The notes: generated by a model not told the origin, from the letters alone. Positions 24,464 through 38,559 are shown, numbered from the stretch's first letter. The stretch is DNA of 64,000 bases from Leidyana gryllorum EB-2025a (GCA_048772705.1 JBLWGC010000224.1:62001-126000), one strand, 5' to 3'. Made by a program: numbers and translations.

Positions 24464-27211
24464 ATGCTGCGACCGCTCCAGCTAGTATATGCTCTCCTGG
24501 CGCTGCTCCTATGCCCCTATGCCAAGAAAGGTAAGTCTTCCCGTTCACCCCCCGATCTAGAATGCACTGCCTACAGTCGATGTTATGCACACCATCTTCG
24601 ACTCAGCGGTCGAAGACATACAATGGTTACGTGACGATGCTTCTGTTGTGCTCGTATTGACGGCTGCCGGCCATGTCTGGCGTTCCACCAACTCCGGTCG
24701 TTCCTTCCAGGACATATCTCGATCGGTCTTGGGGAGTGCCGGCCCTAGTGGCACAGGCCCGGCCGTTGAGCCCAACTTTAGCAGTGTTATCACCCACCCC
24801 ACACACAAGGAGGTAGTAATGCTTGTTTCCCGCAATCGCAACCACTTCTACACTCCAGATGGGTAAGTAAAGCTGCTCGTTAACGCTCATCTCGAACTCC
24901 TTTCTTGCAGTGGATCGACTTGGCAGCCGTTCGAAGTCCAGATGAAACTGTGGAACTTCATATTCCATCCCCGTCGGCCCTTCTCGGCGTTGTTCTCACG
25001 GTGGAGTGACTCCTGTACGTCTTCCCAGCCTGCCGATGACTGCACACACACTCTCTTCCTGACCACCGACATGGGCCGTACCTATCGAACAGTCTCCGAC
25101 AACGTGGTTCAGTACAACTGGGCAGACAAGACGGCGCCTGAGAGCCATTTGGACCTCATCTTCTTCACATACCACAGTCGTCTGAAGGGGGGTCAGCACC
25201 GTTACGGCGGATGGCACGATACAGTCGACTTTGCAGTGTCTTCCGACTTTGGCCGCACTCATCACGCGTTGGTCAAGGGAGGGAACAAATTCCTTGTCTC
25301 CCGAAACTACGTGTTTGTAGCTCAGATGGAAGACTTTGTGAAGCAGACGGTGAACCTGATGGTCAGCTCGGATTTCGGCAGAACCTTCCGAAAGGCCATG
25401 ATACCCACTACCTTAGTGGAGAAGAGCTACACCATTCTCGATACCTCTGAGGGCGGCGTGTTGATTCACGTGAATCACGGGACACATGGGCCCAGTTTGG
25501 AGGGCAATGTATATGTTTCCGACCCCGCGGGGCTGCGGTACGCGTTGTCGTTGCCCAATAACATCAGATCTGCCACCGGGGAGTGTGAGTTCGATAGAGT
25601 ATTGGGGTTAGAGGGAGTGTACATCGCAAACTTCCGCGATACCTTAGACTTGCCAGTGAACGGAACCAACGGGTACGAGATGGCCACCAAGCTAGACGCA
25701 GACGGCGACGCTTTGGCGCAACGCCACGCCAAGAAACCAATGCACACGGGCTCCATCATCAGAACAGTGATCAGTTTCGACAAAGGGGGGTACTGGAAGT
25801 ACCTAAAGGCGCCCAAAATGGACTCTCTCGGGAAAGAGATCACATGTGCTGATGGTGAAAGGTGTTTCCTCCATCTTCACGGCATCACACACTTTGATCG
25901 ATACGCCCCATTCTATAGTGTCGAGAGTGCACTGGGAATCGTGATGGGCACAGGGAACGTCGGCAGTCATCTCACCAAAGATCCCACACAGGTCAACACT
26001 TACATTAGCAGAGACGCAGGCCTTACGTGGTATGAAGCCCACAAAGGGGCCTATATCTACGAATACGGCGATCATGGCGGCCTCGTTGTCATGGCCAACG
26101 ATCTCGCCTCGACCAATCAGGTCGTCTTCAGCTGGAACGAGGGGCACAGTTGGTACGACTTTGACTTGGGTGTCCCCCGAGTGGAGGTCGACAACATTGT
26201 CATAGAGCCAACCAGCTCAGGCTTGGAATTCTTACTGTACGGAACCGTCAATGAGACGGGTGCCGTTTTCCACCTCGATTTCAGTACTCTGGGGCAGCCC
26301 CCCTGTCTCGGAGCCGACAACGCGGGCGCAGCTGCCAGTGACTACGAGCTATGGTCTCCAGAAGATGGCAGCGGGCGCGGGTGTCTGCTGGGCCGAGAAG
26401 TGACTTACACCCGCAAGCGAGTCACCAGTGAATGTTTCAATGGCCGAAACTTCACACGCAACAAAGTCAAACAGGCTTGCACTTGCACCAAAGAAGATTA
26501 TGAGTGCGAGGTCGGTTTCTACCGCCCCGTCGGCTCCTCCGCTGGCTGTGAGCCCTCCCCGTACAATGATCGGGCCTACATGACTGTTGAGGGGTGCACA
26601 ACAAGTGGCATATACTACACGGATGCTTATCGGAAGGTGCCCGGGGACGAGTGTGTCAGCGGCTGGGTGCCCTCGAAAGTGCCCGTCCCTTGTCCGCCTA
26701 ATAGCCCAATGGCACAACACGCCAAAGCTTCACTATTGCTGCTCGGCGCTTTCGGCGGTGGTCTACTGTTTGTTGCCTGGGCAAGTCGGCATCCTGTGTT
26801 GCGGAAGTACTTTGGATATGCTGGTAAGTACCGAATCGGTATTGTGTGTCTCATTTCATTGTGTGTTTGGCAGGCTTTGATGCGTTTATGGAAGTCGGGT
26901 ATCAAGTTGTCGGCAAAGCTTCTGACACAGTCCAAAGGGGAGGCGAAGAGCTATTCAATTTCTGGGCTAACGCTTCGAACAATCAAGAAGCACAACCTCG
27001 GTTTGGTGTGGTATCTCTCAGCCGTATGGCAGCCGAAGAACACCAAAACGCGTCTCCGATGGCACCTACCAACCCTCAGGCCCCATTCTATGGTGCTGAG
27101 TTAGCAGCTGAGGACCGACGAGCGACTCCTACTCAACAGCGAGGGGAGCCAGCCCTTATTGACGTCGGCAATGATGACGTCAACGGCGTCTGGCACCGGA
27201 CCACAGTCTGA
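24464..27211 (+). CDS. SORTLR: Sortilin / VPS10-domain sorting receptor
   Basis: Signal peptide, BNR/Asp-box repeats (SxDxGxT[FW]), 10CC module (CLLGREVTYTRKR...CFNG, CTKEDYEC, YRKVPGDEC), TM segment and cytosolic tail. Three introns. Confidence 0.93.
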
Positions 27212-27284
27212 TTGGCCTGGAACTCGATAATGCGCACGCACATTATGTATGATCATTGTTGGTGTACGAAGGCAGCCAATGTTT

Positions 27285-28463
27285 TCATGGCCGTTTGGCA
27301 GTTGTGACATTCCAGAGGAGGTCAAGAGGAACATTTCCCCCACCAGGGGTATATAGCTCACTGAATTCCATTGCCCATTGAATTGATCTCACAACCGACT
27401 GGAGATGGAGCATCTGATGGTCCGCCTTCGACTGCCCCCACCGTATTGCGGCGGTCTGTTTCTCGCCCAATCGGTACGTAAGATAGGGGGGAGTAGTGAC
27501 CAAGACGGGTCCCGCTGATTCAGCCAATTCTGGCCAGAACGAAAGATCCGCCACGCAGGCGTACTTGGGATTGCACTTCCATCTGTTGGCTGGTTTATGA
27601 TTGGCCCTTCGTGTCGAATAGTCGGGCAATTCTCCGTCGTGATGGACCTTCAAGAGTGTATCCATTCCTTGCCGGCTGAAAATTGCCGCAACGTTGCCCC
27701 ACCCCCCACGGTGTTCAACAAATACAGGTATAGAGCTAAGGATATGGGTGTCGTAAACTGAGTCTGTTCCCCGACCACTCTGAAAAGCAGCCTGGTGACG
27801 CCATTTCGAGGCAGTCTTTGCCCAACCCCGCTTAATCTCGTTGACCTTCCACGTGTAGTCATTCCATTGTAATCGAATCACTGACCACCCAGGGTACTGT
27901 ATATCTGCTGCTTGAACCAGCTCCTCCAATGTCAATGGCCAAAACGGCTGGAGCTGTGGACCCGCGTCGTCTTCCATGACCAAAGCATACGGTAAATCTG
28001 CCTCTACTGCTTGCTTGATGGCTTCAAGATGAGACATCAAGTTCCCGAGCTGTCCCGGCAACGCCTGTACACGCTCAAATGTCTCAAAATGCTTGCGCTT
28101 CCGAACAGCGCCCGGATCAGGAAGAGATTCTGAGCTCATATGGAGCAGCAGAGCGTCGAAATCCGTTGCCATAATTGCACACACTCGAGTAAGAGATGCA
28201 AGAGAAGAAGAGCCCCATACCTTCTGCATATAATCTCTTCTCAGATCGTCCTGAGGCATGTTGATGTAGAACGCGTGAACCGTTTTATCAACTGTAGATC
28301 GATCTGGCACTCTCGCATCGGAAGGCAAGCCCCCCAAGTGACGAAGCGCTTCACGTAAATCTTTGTTTTCATGTGCTTGACGGACTGATCCAGCCACGAA
28401 GAGAGTAAGCAGGGCTATTGCCAGACAGAAGAGGGTGGGGGGGAGCAAAAGGTAAGAATTCAT
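27285..28463 (-). CDS. Glycosyltransferase family 25, type II membrane protein
   Basis: N-terminal TM; FYINM...RR.YM; GQLGNLMSH..AI; ALVMEDDA. Intronless. Confidence 0.75.
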   Translation of the reverse strand: MNSYLLLPPTLFCLAIALLTLFVAGSVRQAHENKDLREALRHLGGLPSDARVPDRSTVDKTVHAFYINMPQDDLRRDYMQKVWGSSSLASLTRVCAIMATDFDALLLHMSSESLPDPGAVRKRKHFETFERVQALPGQLGNLMSHLEAIKQAVEADLPYALVMEDDAGPQLQPFWPLTLEELVQAADIQYPGWSVIRLQWNDYTWKVNEIKRGWAKTASKWRHQAAFQSGRGTDSVYDTHILSSIPVFVEHRGGWGNVAAIFSRQGMDTLLKVHHDGELPDYSTRRANHKPANRWKCNPKYACVADLSFWPELAESAGPVLVTTPPYLTYRLGEKQTAAIRWGQSKADHQMLHLQSVVRSIQWAMEFSELYTPGGGNVPLDLLWNVTTAKRP

Positions 28464-28483
28464 GAGGAAATTTTTGGTCTCCC

Positions 28484-30466
28484 ATGTCGGACAGGAGTGC
28501 CTCCCCCAGAAGGTCTCTGAAGCGGGAGCTTGAACAAGAGGGTGCGGATGAGAGGCAAACTCGCCGGCGTGTAGAGGAGGTACCGAGTCCTAATGATCAG
28601 GTGAAACCAGACGATGATCAACGTATTTTGACTGAGCGGATGAGCATTACCGATGCTGACGCTTCGTTTATCCTCGGCACCGGAGGCCGTACCAAGAAAA
28701 AGTTGGCCCGGGTCTCTCGAGCAGAGCTGTCTGTCACTCAGAATGGCCGTGACGACACCATACTTGAGGTCCGAGGGACTTCCGAGGCAATTGATCGGGC
28801 CCGAACTTACGTGGAATTCGTCATGCAACAGCGTGTTGGACCTGTCCGACTGAGTCAGGAAGTCAAGGAACGAAAAGACTTAGTTATCCTCGACGTAAGC
28901 CCCCGTGCATATTCGTAATTGATAACCCCCGTGTGTGTGCATCCGATTGTGATCCCGTGTTCCAACATGTCGGCTCATTTGTGTGTGTCACCGTGTGTGC
29001 CGCACGACTATGCTGCCGCGGAGCCAGGTTTGGTGTACATTGTCCATCAGATTCCGCACGAATGCGTCGGATATGTCACCGGAGCTAAGGGACAGGGACT
29101 GCGATCGGTCGAGGAGGAGTTTTCAACTTTGATGTTCTTCACGGACGTTAATAAAGGTCGTCCTTCGGCCGATGCGCCAAAGACCGAGAAGCTTGTAATT
29201 TTCTCGCCCTGTCAACGCGCCCGTCAGGGCGCTGTTCTCAAGGTGATGTCCGCGATCGAACAGAAGTTGCCGGGCCACTTTACTTCCGACATCTCGTGAG
29301 TGCCCAAAGTGGAGAGCACTTGCTGACTTGCGTCAACCAGGGAGAAGGTAGCCGAAGTGGACGGTTTTGATGTCGACATTGCGGTTGTCAATGAAGAAGA
29401 CTATTCCTATGCTCTCGGTCGAGGCGGGGGAACCCGTAAAAAACTGGCACGAGCATCCGGAGCTATTCTCGAATATATTGGTAGATATGCCTATATCGCG
29501 GGAACGAAGGCACAGCGAGAACGAGCTCGCCAATATCTAAAATGGCTATGCGCTCAGCGCGTTGGCGTAATGAAACTTGATGGAATCGACAAAAGGTGAG
29601 CGAGCGTAGAGGTTGGCCGGCATACCACTGCGTTCTACCTTTGCAGAGATGATGTCGACCAACTTGATGTACCAATGGATTGTGTGGCCTACGTGACCGG
29701 GCAAAAAGGTCAAGCTCTCCGTCGAATGGAGGAGCAGACCGGGACGTTTATGTTCCTAGACGGCAGCAGGTTGGTGGAGGGTGGCAGTAGATGGTGGTGT
29801 CGTGTGGAATGTCGAGTGTGCATGGTGTCATGTAGTGTCTAGTTCACAGCGTCTGACTGGGTGACTGACTGACTGACTGACTGACTTGGCACTGTTCCCT
29901 TTTGGCAGAGGAGCGCCTACGGAGAAATTGTATATTTTCGGGGAAAGCGCCTCCGGCCGCGCCCGTGCTCGAGTTTTGGCCGAGCAGCGAATTGACGAGA
30001 AGATTAGTGGAGTTTCCACAACTACATCGTAAGTCTATGAGGGGTATTTTTTATCTGGCGCAGGAGCCGAAGCCGTTATGATCCCGGACGCGGTGGCGGC
30101 CGTGGCGGGGGATACTGGAACAGATCTTCAGTTAGTCCCGTCAGACGGCCCTATGACCGGTACGCCCCGCCGTCGCGCACATATGATCGCGACGACTATG
30201 AGTGAGTAGATTTGATTCTAGGCCTTTGTCCCTTAACGTGTAGCAGCGGCCGGAGAGACAACGACGACGAACGCCGAGGATCGAAAAGGTATCGAGACGA
30301 CAGGCGGGAGTACGATCGTTATGAGCGTCGAGCTTCATCGATTGAACGTTACGGCAGTAGACGAGACTACGCTCAGCCCTCATCAGACCGGTATGGATCA
30401 CCAGTTAACAAGCGAGCTGCGTACAATGGTAGAGGAGGAATGCCTTCACGAAGAGATTACTACTGA
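28484..30466 (+). CDS. Four-KH-domain RNA-binding protein with R/D/Y-rich tail
   Basis: GxxG loops ILGTGG, VTGAKG, ALGRGG, VTGQKG. About 6 introns. Confidence 0.82.
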
Positions 30467-30703
30467 TCATTGACCGACTGAGTGAGTGACTGACTGACTG
30501 ACTTACCAGTTCGCCCCTCTCCCCCCCTGCATTCCTGGGGGGACAAGCGGTAAATGATGGACGATGACTTGCAGCACTCGGGCGAGTTCACCAGCCATCA
30601 ACCACCACTTGAGAGATCAAATTCGTCATCATGCAACAGTAAACCGAAGAAGAGAGAGAGTGAGAGTAGAGGCAATGTCACACAAAGTACGATTGAACTA
30701 GGA

Positions 30704-33312
30704 CTAAGCTGCGGCAGGAGGAGCGGACACCGCAGCCGCGTTCTCGTTGCCTCGTTTCAGCCTTTTTGCCAATGACAAGATTAAAGGACCCAACACCCCC
30801 GGTCGGTGGGCCGACTTCCATAACTCAGAGTCCTCGTTCAGGTTAATAGCTGGATCGTTGACTACCAGCTCAGCAAACTCTTCCTTTGATAGAGGCTCAT
30901 CGCGCATTAAAGCTTGACCCAGCCCCGAAGAAGCAGATAGTCCGCTCTTGACTACTGGCCGAACAGCCTCGTACACATCCTACCAGCGAGTTGTCGTTTC
31001 TCATATGACCTCATCGCACTTACCCATAGACCATAAACAAAGTCTTCGAACAGTTCGCGGGCCGTCGAGCCTCCTTGTGTGAACAGCGAAAGATATGACT
31101 CGTGCTCGCACGCACGTCGAGAAGCTTCTTCACCCTGATCTGCTGTTGAGTTTGAGACCAACTGCCCATCTTCTTTCTCAGTACAGCTTCCTGCCTCTTC
31201 ACTTTTCCCGTTCGCGTCCGAAGACGGCTCATTAGCGCTTTGCTCCTGACTCATCCACTCCTTGACTTTGGGTTTCAGCTTCTCCAAGAGGGCTGCCCTC
31301 TCCTTTTGTATCAGCAACGGACTCATCTCCGATATCCGGAGCTCCGCCTTCTCAACTCCCGCATTCTCTTGCATGGCATCTGACGATTGTGGGTCCTGCC
31401 CAGTGAGCACTGACTTGCTGCCTGCTGGCGTTTCGTCGGTGGGTCCGGAATTATTGTCTCCACTCGAACAACTAAGTTTCCTGCGCTTTGGGGCGGGTCC
31501 ATTCAAAAAGTCGCGCCACTCAGACTTGGCGTCTACCAACCCTTCTTTCTCGGCATCAAGGAGAAATTGCCTGAACCGTTCGCGAACTTCGCGCTCCTCC
31601 CGATATAGCGTTCGCTTAGCAGTGTGCCGTTTCGAGTCCAGTCGCGCTTGGACATTTCTTTGCCATATGGACAGCACCACAACCGGATGGGCGCGTACAA
31701 AGCCCAGAGACTCCTGCACCATCTTGACTACATCAGCAGCTGGGCTGTTCAGTGGTAAATCCTCTTCTTCGACATCCATCAGAAATTGCACAATCTCATT
31801 ATATCGTTGTTTTGACAGTTTGGCGGACATCTCGTCAGCCGCCAGCTGGGCGGCTTCCTCAAACGCTTCAGCTTTATCCGCAGGCTCCAGCAAATAGAAC
31901 CAATTCTCCCGCTGCGCGCGTTCCTCGAACTCTCTAATCAATGATTACAAAACCGGCCGCCCCCTAAAACATTGTCACTCACTCATATGTGACATCCGGT
32001 GCCATTGGGTAAAGATCGTCTTCGCCGTTTCGCCATTTGCTCAGAAACTCAGCCATGGCGTCCCGTGCTGCCGCTTTCTTGACACGTTGCTGCTCGCGAG
32101 TGCGTTTCTGCAACTGATTCACCAGTTCATTGAACAAGTGTTTGCGTTCGCCGACTGTCAGATGCGGATCGAATACCTTCCACCTGTGCGAAAACAAGAG
32201 TATTAAGACACAAGCAGATTTCTTACACCCGAGACATCAGTCACACACAACCGAGGAGAGGGAGGAGAAATACCCTCCTATCAGTAGCACTACTGCTCAG
32301 CATCCAACAAGACACACAAGACTTACTTGGGATCCGCTTGTAGTATCTTGCCGACATCCTCCCACTTTGCCTTGTACCCTATTCCTCGCCGTTCCAAAAA
32401 GGTCTTAAAAGCTGCACGCGCAGCCGTCTTGCCATCGAACTTGCGTCCGGACCAATCTTCTTCTTCCAATTCTTTAATGTTAGCGATAATGGTCGCCACC
32501 TCTTTAGGTATCTCCCATTCTGATCGTTTGGTATCCAAGTGATGCCAATATGTCTTGTTCCCGCCTTCACCACCTTGATATTCCTGAAACCGAAATATAA
32601 ACGCGGTTGAGGTTGGAAAGGTAAGTGTGTGCCACACGCACACCAAAATGAAGACGGCCAGATCGAAGGCCGTCGACAGGTCGATAAATCGACAACGTTT
32701 AATGGACGACAGACTCACTCACCCTCCAGCTCGTCGAAGTGGCTAATATCCTCTCCATATTCGTCCTCAACTCATCTGGTTTGTCCCATGTTGATTTATT
32801 GGTCTGTAAATAGGGAAAGAGATTGAGCTCGCGGCCGGCCGCCATAGTGACCCACTTTGGTGTTGTGCCAGAAGATACGGCCCTCGTCAGTTTTGAGCTC
32901 TTTCCAGACTGAGGCTGGAGTCGTAGCGGGTGGCTGAGGGACTTCGGCCTCCGACTGGGATGACGTTGGAGCCGTCTGCTGCATCAGCATCGCGCTCATT
33001 GCTGCCAAAACTGCAGGATCCAAAGTCGGAAAAGGACCCGGAAGCAGCCCCGGCTGGTACATCAAGCCGGCGTGACTGTGACCTCCCATCAGGCCCATCA
33101 TCAGTGCGGGATTGGGGATCCCGCCTCCGCCCCCAGCGCCGGGTAAACCCCCGGGCAAACCGCCTGGAAGGACTCCGGGGAGACCGGGAGCGGGAGCGGT
33201 CCCTGGTGGCGGGGGATATGTCGGAGGTGGGCGTAGACCTGCATCAGAAACGTTTACCATTGAGCTCTTGATACTAACCTGCATTGGGGGGGGGACCGGG
33301 TGGAGGTTGCAT
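30704..33312 (-). CDS. PRP40: U1 snRNP-associated WW/FF-domain splicing factor
   Basis: Pro-rich N-terminus; WW domains WKELKTDEGRIFWHN and YWHHLDTKRSEWEIP; FF domains AFKTFLE..I...KWEDV...LQADP and ERKHLFNE. Confidence 0.82.
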
Positions 33313-33358
33313 GATATGCGGAGCCCCTTTACTGATTTTTGGAAGGAGAAAAAAGGAG

Positions 33359-35130
33359 CTACCTGGCGTCGCCTTTGAGGAGTTGCTTAAAATGGGGGCA
33401 GAGCGTTTGGCTGACCGGGGCCTGGTAGTATATATCTGTGTGAAGCAGAAATGAGATGAGTGTGGGAGTGAATGTCTGAAGCTCACCATTAGAGGGGTCG
33501 AACTCAGCTAAACAGCCCAAACAATGGAGATAGCCTAAGGCCTGGGAGCCTGATGGGCAACCGTCCGGTATGTCCACCTTGCAATTACGCGCCCTCGGGG
33601 GTCTGGAGCTTTGAGGAGGCACGACGTCGAAAAGGATTTTGGAGCAGCTCGGAGTGATCTCCTGCCAGCTTAATTGACCGCATAGCAATAGATAGACGCG
33701 AGTCAGGTCTGGGGTGACGGTGAGATCGATATCAGATCTTTCGCATATCGGCATCGTTCCTCCGTGGAGGACTCGAAGCGCAATGCTGATTCGGGTACCA
33801 TATATCTTGGCCAAATCTATGTCATCGATCAAAATGTACCCAAAGTTGTTCTCGACTCGTTTCGACACCACCAGAGCGCCCCACGAGTAAAATTTGACTC
33901 GTTGTACATCAAAACCTCCGAGGGTGAGCTCTTTGCCGATTCGCGTACTTTGAGAACTGTATTTGAATGCAGGACTCATTGTAGGGTGGTAACAACACCA
34001 GTCCACACGCTTCTCGTCCCGGATGGAGCTGAGCCACCCGTTTGTCACGATAGTTTGTATGCGTGGATCTGCCCAGGGTTTGAATCGGACCTGGGGATTT
34101 AGCTCCAGTTCTATAGCTAAGTTGGTGGAGAGCCAGATAATCTCTCGTCGAATTTCATCATGAAGTATCGAGGCCATGCAGGGATAATCATTGGGTAGTC
34201 TTGGATCGGATGCCGCCTTTGGGAAAGAGCAATTGGGAGGGAGAGTGTATGCGTGAACATTAGGCCAGTCATCATGAGAGAGGTACAAAGTGGTCTCGAG
34301 AAGGCATTCTTTTCCATCAGGCTTTCTCTTATTCACCACGAGGGCGTACTCCCCTAATTGCCAACTTCTCAACTCACTTTTCACATTGCTTTGCAGTTCA
34401 GCGATCAGGTGGACGAGATGCCTCTCCCGATCCGGGCTCAGAGGCTGAGCAGTAACTACTGGGGCGGGCAGCTCATCGTCCGCCAATTGAATTGCTACGG
34501 GTCGGGGATGTAACAGCGGTGCCGTCTTGCACTCCGTTGCATAAAAGGCGATCAGGTCAGTCCACCGAGTTCGAGTCCAAAGCCGTGTGGGCAGCGCGAG
34601 GTCTTTCCGAGGTAACTTCCAGGTGATTAATTCAGTCAACAATTGCTCATACCGCCCACACACTTCCGTCCAGGAGCAGTTGTTGAGTGGTTTGCGCCCA
34701 CACAGGTGGTCTAAGAGTAGTTGAAATCGCTCCTGAGAGCAATTGGGCACAATGACGGACCCAGAATCTTCGTCACGTTGACACAGTTCCCCATTAGGTG
34801 TGAAACCGTCCAGTAGTGTACACAAATGACTTTGTTGGAATGATGGCGTCGTCCGCACATAACTCGGTATGATCATCTCCACACCGTCCACCACCACAGG
34901 AGTGCCATCCGTCGAAGTCAATGCAGTCGGAGTAGGAGGGTCTCGGTCCACCAGACTCTCTGCGGACACTCGAAAATCTCCAGTGCCTCCGCCCCCGCCA
35001 CCACCGCTACCGCCTGCAATACACGCCTGCCTCCCTGACCACAGTTGTGCGACCGACCTGAAAATTGAGTCGTAGACTGTGGATCCCAGGCTACGAGGTC
35101 GTCAGTCTGAACTATCTCGCTATCGCTCAT
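33359..35130 (-). CDS. Hypothetical protein with possible BTB/POZ-like N-terminal domain
   Basis: 536-aa ORF plus a short first exon. SHLCTLLDG...DEDSGSVIV...ERFQLLLDHL resembles a KCTD-type BTB domain. Confidence 0.5.
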
Positions 35131-35210
35131 CGTGGAGCCCTGGCGACGAATCATGGCTTCTGCCCGCGACAGAAGCCTTGAGGAATTTTGGGTAGCTTTT
35201 TGGAACGCAC

Positions 35211-37082
35211 ATGGGTGTCATGGATAAGACCAATCAAGAAGCTGACAAACTGCCGGGGGAAGACGTCAAAGTCTATGTAAGGACTTGTCGCCATCTCCCA
35301 TTCTCCATCCACCCACCTCCAGGAGCTGGGACCGTACCACTTGGTCTGCAAAACACTAGATGAGGACATCAAGCGCATTGCCGATGAGGTAAACAAGCTC
35401 TCCGGTGTCCGCGAGACTGAGACGGGTGCGTCCACTGAACTATAATTCTCAATACATCACTCACCCTCACATTGCAGGATTGGCACCACCTTCCAATTGG
35501 GACATCCAAGCCGATAGACAAGCTTTATCGGAGTCCCATGGGTTGCAGATTGCAACCTGCACCAAGATAATGGATGCAGATACCGACGAACCCAAGTATG
35601 TTATCAACATTAAGCAAACTGCCAAGTTCGTTGTGGTAAGCTGCCTGCTCATAACTCTCTCTCATCCACTTAACTCTCAGGGCCTGGGCGACAAAGTGGC
35701 ACCAACTGATGTTGAAGAGGGTAGTCGTGTAGGGTAAGCTCGCTCTCTCCTCCCTTGTTGACACATACCCCTCGCGCAGAGTTGACAAGCAAAAGTATAA
35801 GATTCAGATAGCCTTACCGCAGCAAATCGACTCATCCGTCTCCATGATGACTGTCGAGGAGGTGGGTCCAATATGCGTACACCCCCTGACAAGTCGATCT
35901 CTCTCTTCAGAAACCTGACGTCACCTACGCCGATATCGGCGGCTGCAAAGAACAGCTGGAAAGATTGAGAGAAGTCGTCGAGTTGCCGTTATTGCATCCC
36001 GAACGTTTTGTGTCTCTGGGTATCGACCCGCCCAAAGGCGTCCTGTGCTACGGACCCCCGGGCACGGGTAAGACCCTCACCGCTCGAGCGGTTGCTAACA
36101 GGACTGACGCCTGCTTCATCTGTGTTATCGGATCGGAATTGGTCCAAAAGTGAGTTGGCCTCAGCTGTCACAGTCTCCATCACAACCCTACAGATATGTC
36201 GGCGAGGGGGCGAGAATGGTACGCGACTTATTTCAACTCGCGCGGTCCAAACGAGCCTGTATCCTCTTCATTGATGAGGTCGATGCCATCGGAGGCTCTC
36301 GAGGAGACGAGGGAGCTCACGGAGACAACGAAGTCCAGCGTACAATGCTTGGTACGTTCTAATTGGTGTGCGTCTTTCAAGGCGAGCGCCTCTTTGCAGA
36401 AATTGTAAACCAACTTGATGGTTTCGACGCTCGCGGAAACATCAAGGTTTTGATGGCTACAAATCGACCGGACACTTTGGATCCCGCTCTCACTCGCCCT
36501 GGACGATTGGACAGAAAAGTGGAATTCGGATTGCCTGATCTCGAAGGACGAGCCCACATTTTCCGGATCCACGCCCGTACCATGAACATGGAGAGGTAAG
36601 TATCTGGTTCTGGGCACTGCCAGTGCGTGTTGCCTCGAGATTTCCTACTGTGTTCGGTGTGCGTTCTGTATGTCGGAGACGCCTTCGTATGCTGAGTGTA
36701 TCTGGGCGGAGAAGCTCTTGTTTGTATTCGTGGATGACTTGCTACTGCCTTTGTGGTGTGTTTGCGCCCACGCTTTCGTAACATATATCAATGGCGCTGA
36801 TCTGTAATGACAATGGATGCTCCTTATGCAGGAACATTCGATTTGAACTCCTGGCTCGTCTGTGTCCGAACTGTACAGGTGCTGATATTCGGTCAGTGTG
36901 CACAGAAGCGGGAATGTACGCCATCAGAGCTCGAAGAAAGGTGAGCATACAATCTGCTGAGGCACACCAATCGATTTTGTGGGCAGAAAATCACCGAGAA
37001 GGACATCATCGATGCTATTGGCAAGGTGATCAATGGGTACAAAAAGTTCTCAGCGACCCCCAAGTATTTGATATACAACTAG
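35211..37082 (+). CDS. RPT1: 26S proteasome AAA ATPase subunit 7 (PSMC2)
   Basis: [70 protein letters not shown]. Many introns, including a 236-nt intron at 36596-36831. Confidence 0.96.
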
Positions 37083-37180
37083 ATGTTGCGCGTCATGGCA
37101 CGAACCGACAGTTATATAATCAGTCATTTAGCAATTTTTGGAGGAGGTGGGATAGGTTTTAATGATCACGAGGGCGGAGA

Positions 37181-38455
37181 ATGTTGGAGCGATGTGTGCC
37201 CTGGACCACTGGGGTTGAGAAGGTTGCTGTGACCTCCTATGCATGGCCTATGAATCCACCAAATCTTATTCGTTCCACCCCCCTCAGACCCGGGGACAAT
37301 TCGGAGCCCCCTCGTCCCGATGTATCCACCCTTCCTCCTCCGCGTCTGGACCAGTGCGTTCTCAGAGGGCGAGGCGCAACAGCGGCTGCTCGGCCGAGCA
37401 CCCCGTTGCGGCTTGTATCTCCTCCAAGTGTTTCGACCGCGGCTGCCCATCCGCGCTTGTCCTTCGCTAGAGTGAGGACTCCGCTAATGCGACAAGCGCC
37501 TGCCCCCCCCAATTTGACCTCATACACGGTCACACCATGTGAAAGCTCAACAGCCACCACAGTACATCCATCACTTCCTCCCCGGCCGACTGTGTCCCCC
37601 AACATGGGACCGAATAGGAGTCCCTACTTGGGTCCAGCATTGCGCGACTCGCGTGTACATGTGCTGGCTGGGTCGTCGTCAGTGATCCCTGCGCCACAGT
37701 CAGTGACCTATGGGAATGTCCAACAAGCACAACCATTGTCAATGGGTCCCCCAGAGCCATCAACAACAACAACACAGTCTCAACATCACCAAAAGCCCGT
37801 ACATAAGCGGGTGCGTGAGTGGTCTGCTGAGTTATGCGACATTAGGCGGAAACAGCTTGAATTAGCACGTGAAGAGAATGCTGTGCTGCAGCATGAACTG
37901 GATCGATGTCGATCAGCGCTGCAAGAGAAGGAACAACGGCTCAAGTCTGTTGAGCATTCCCTAGATCTATTTGGAGATATCCTGGTTATGTGGCTGCAAA
38001 CGCTATCAGAGGGAGAAAGCAAGAAGGTCTTGAACACTCTGATGAATCTGCTTGTGACTACAGATGCGGCCCAGCACGGAGGCGTGAAGTCTAATGCAGC
38101 AGTCATCCCTGCCGCCGTCTCCTCGGAGCCGCTCTCTCAGTAAGGTCTTGGGAGTGTTTGAATTTTGCTCGTTCCCTCCGACAGGGAAGCTACTACAAAA
38201 TGCAAGGAGCACGAGAATCTCTTAGTCAAAGAGAAGCTGGAAAGGGCATCGGCCGAGCTGGAAAAGCGATCGTCGGCTCGATCTTCCTCGAATCCCCCCC
38301 ACCCTCCGCCACCACCTCCTCCTCCTCAATCACAGGCCCCGCCGAAGAAAAGTGCGTCTCTAGGCATGAAAGTTCCTCCACTGAGGCTAGATTCAGTCGG
38401 TAGTGGCATGTGGATGGGGGGCAGACAAACGGCGGGTGAGGTATACGCAGAGTAA
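37181..38455 (+). CDS. Proline-rich / coiled-coil hypothetical protein
   Basis: 320-aa ORF spliced (intron from 38140) to ORF 38165-38455; poly-Pro tract. Confidence 0.55.
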
Positions 38456-38559
38456 CATTGGTGTGAAACACACAGTAATACTTTGAGTGCGAGAGATCTA
38501 TTATAGGGCGTTTTTTGTTCTCTCTTGAATACATTACACTGACTGACTCGCTATTCACA

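Noticed and set aside
35153-35230. Upstream ATG as RPT1 start, giving another ~22-nt divergent gap
   Set aside because: Its frame closes after 24 codons; ATG 35211 reads into the conserved RPT1 N-terminus. At most a uORF, so not counted.
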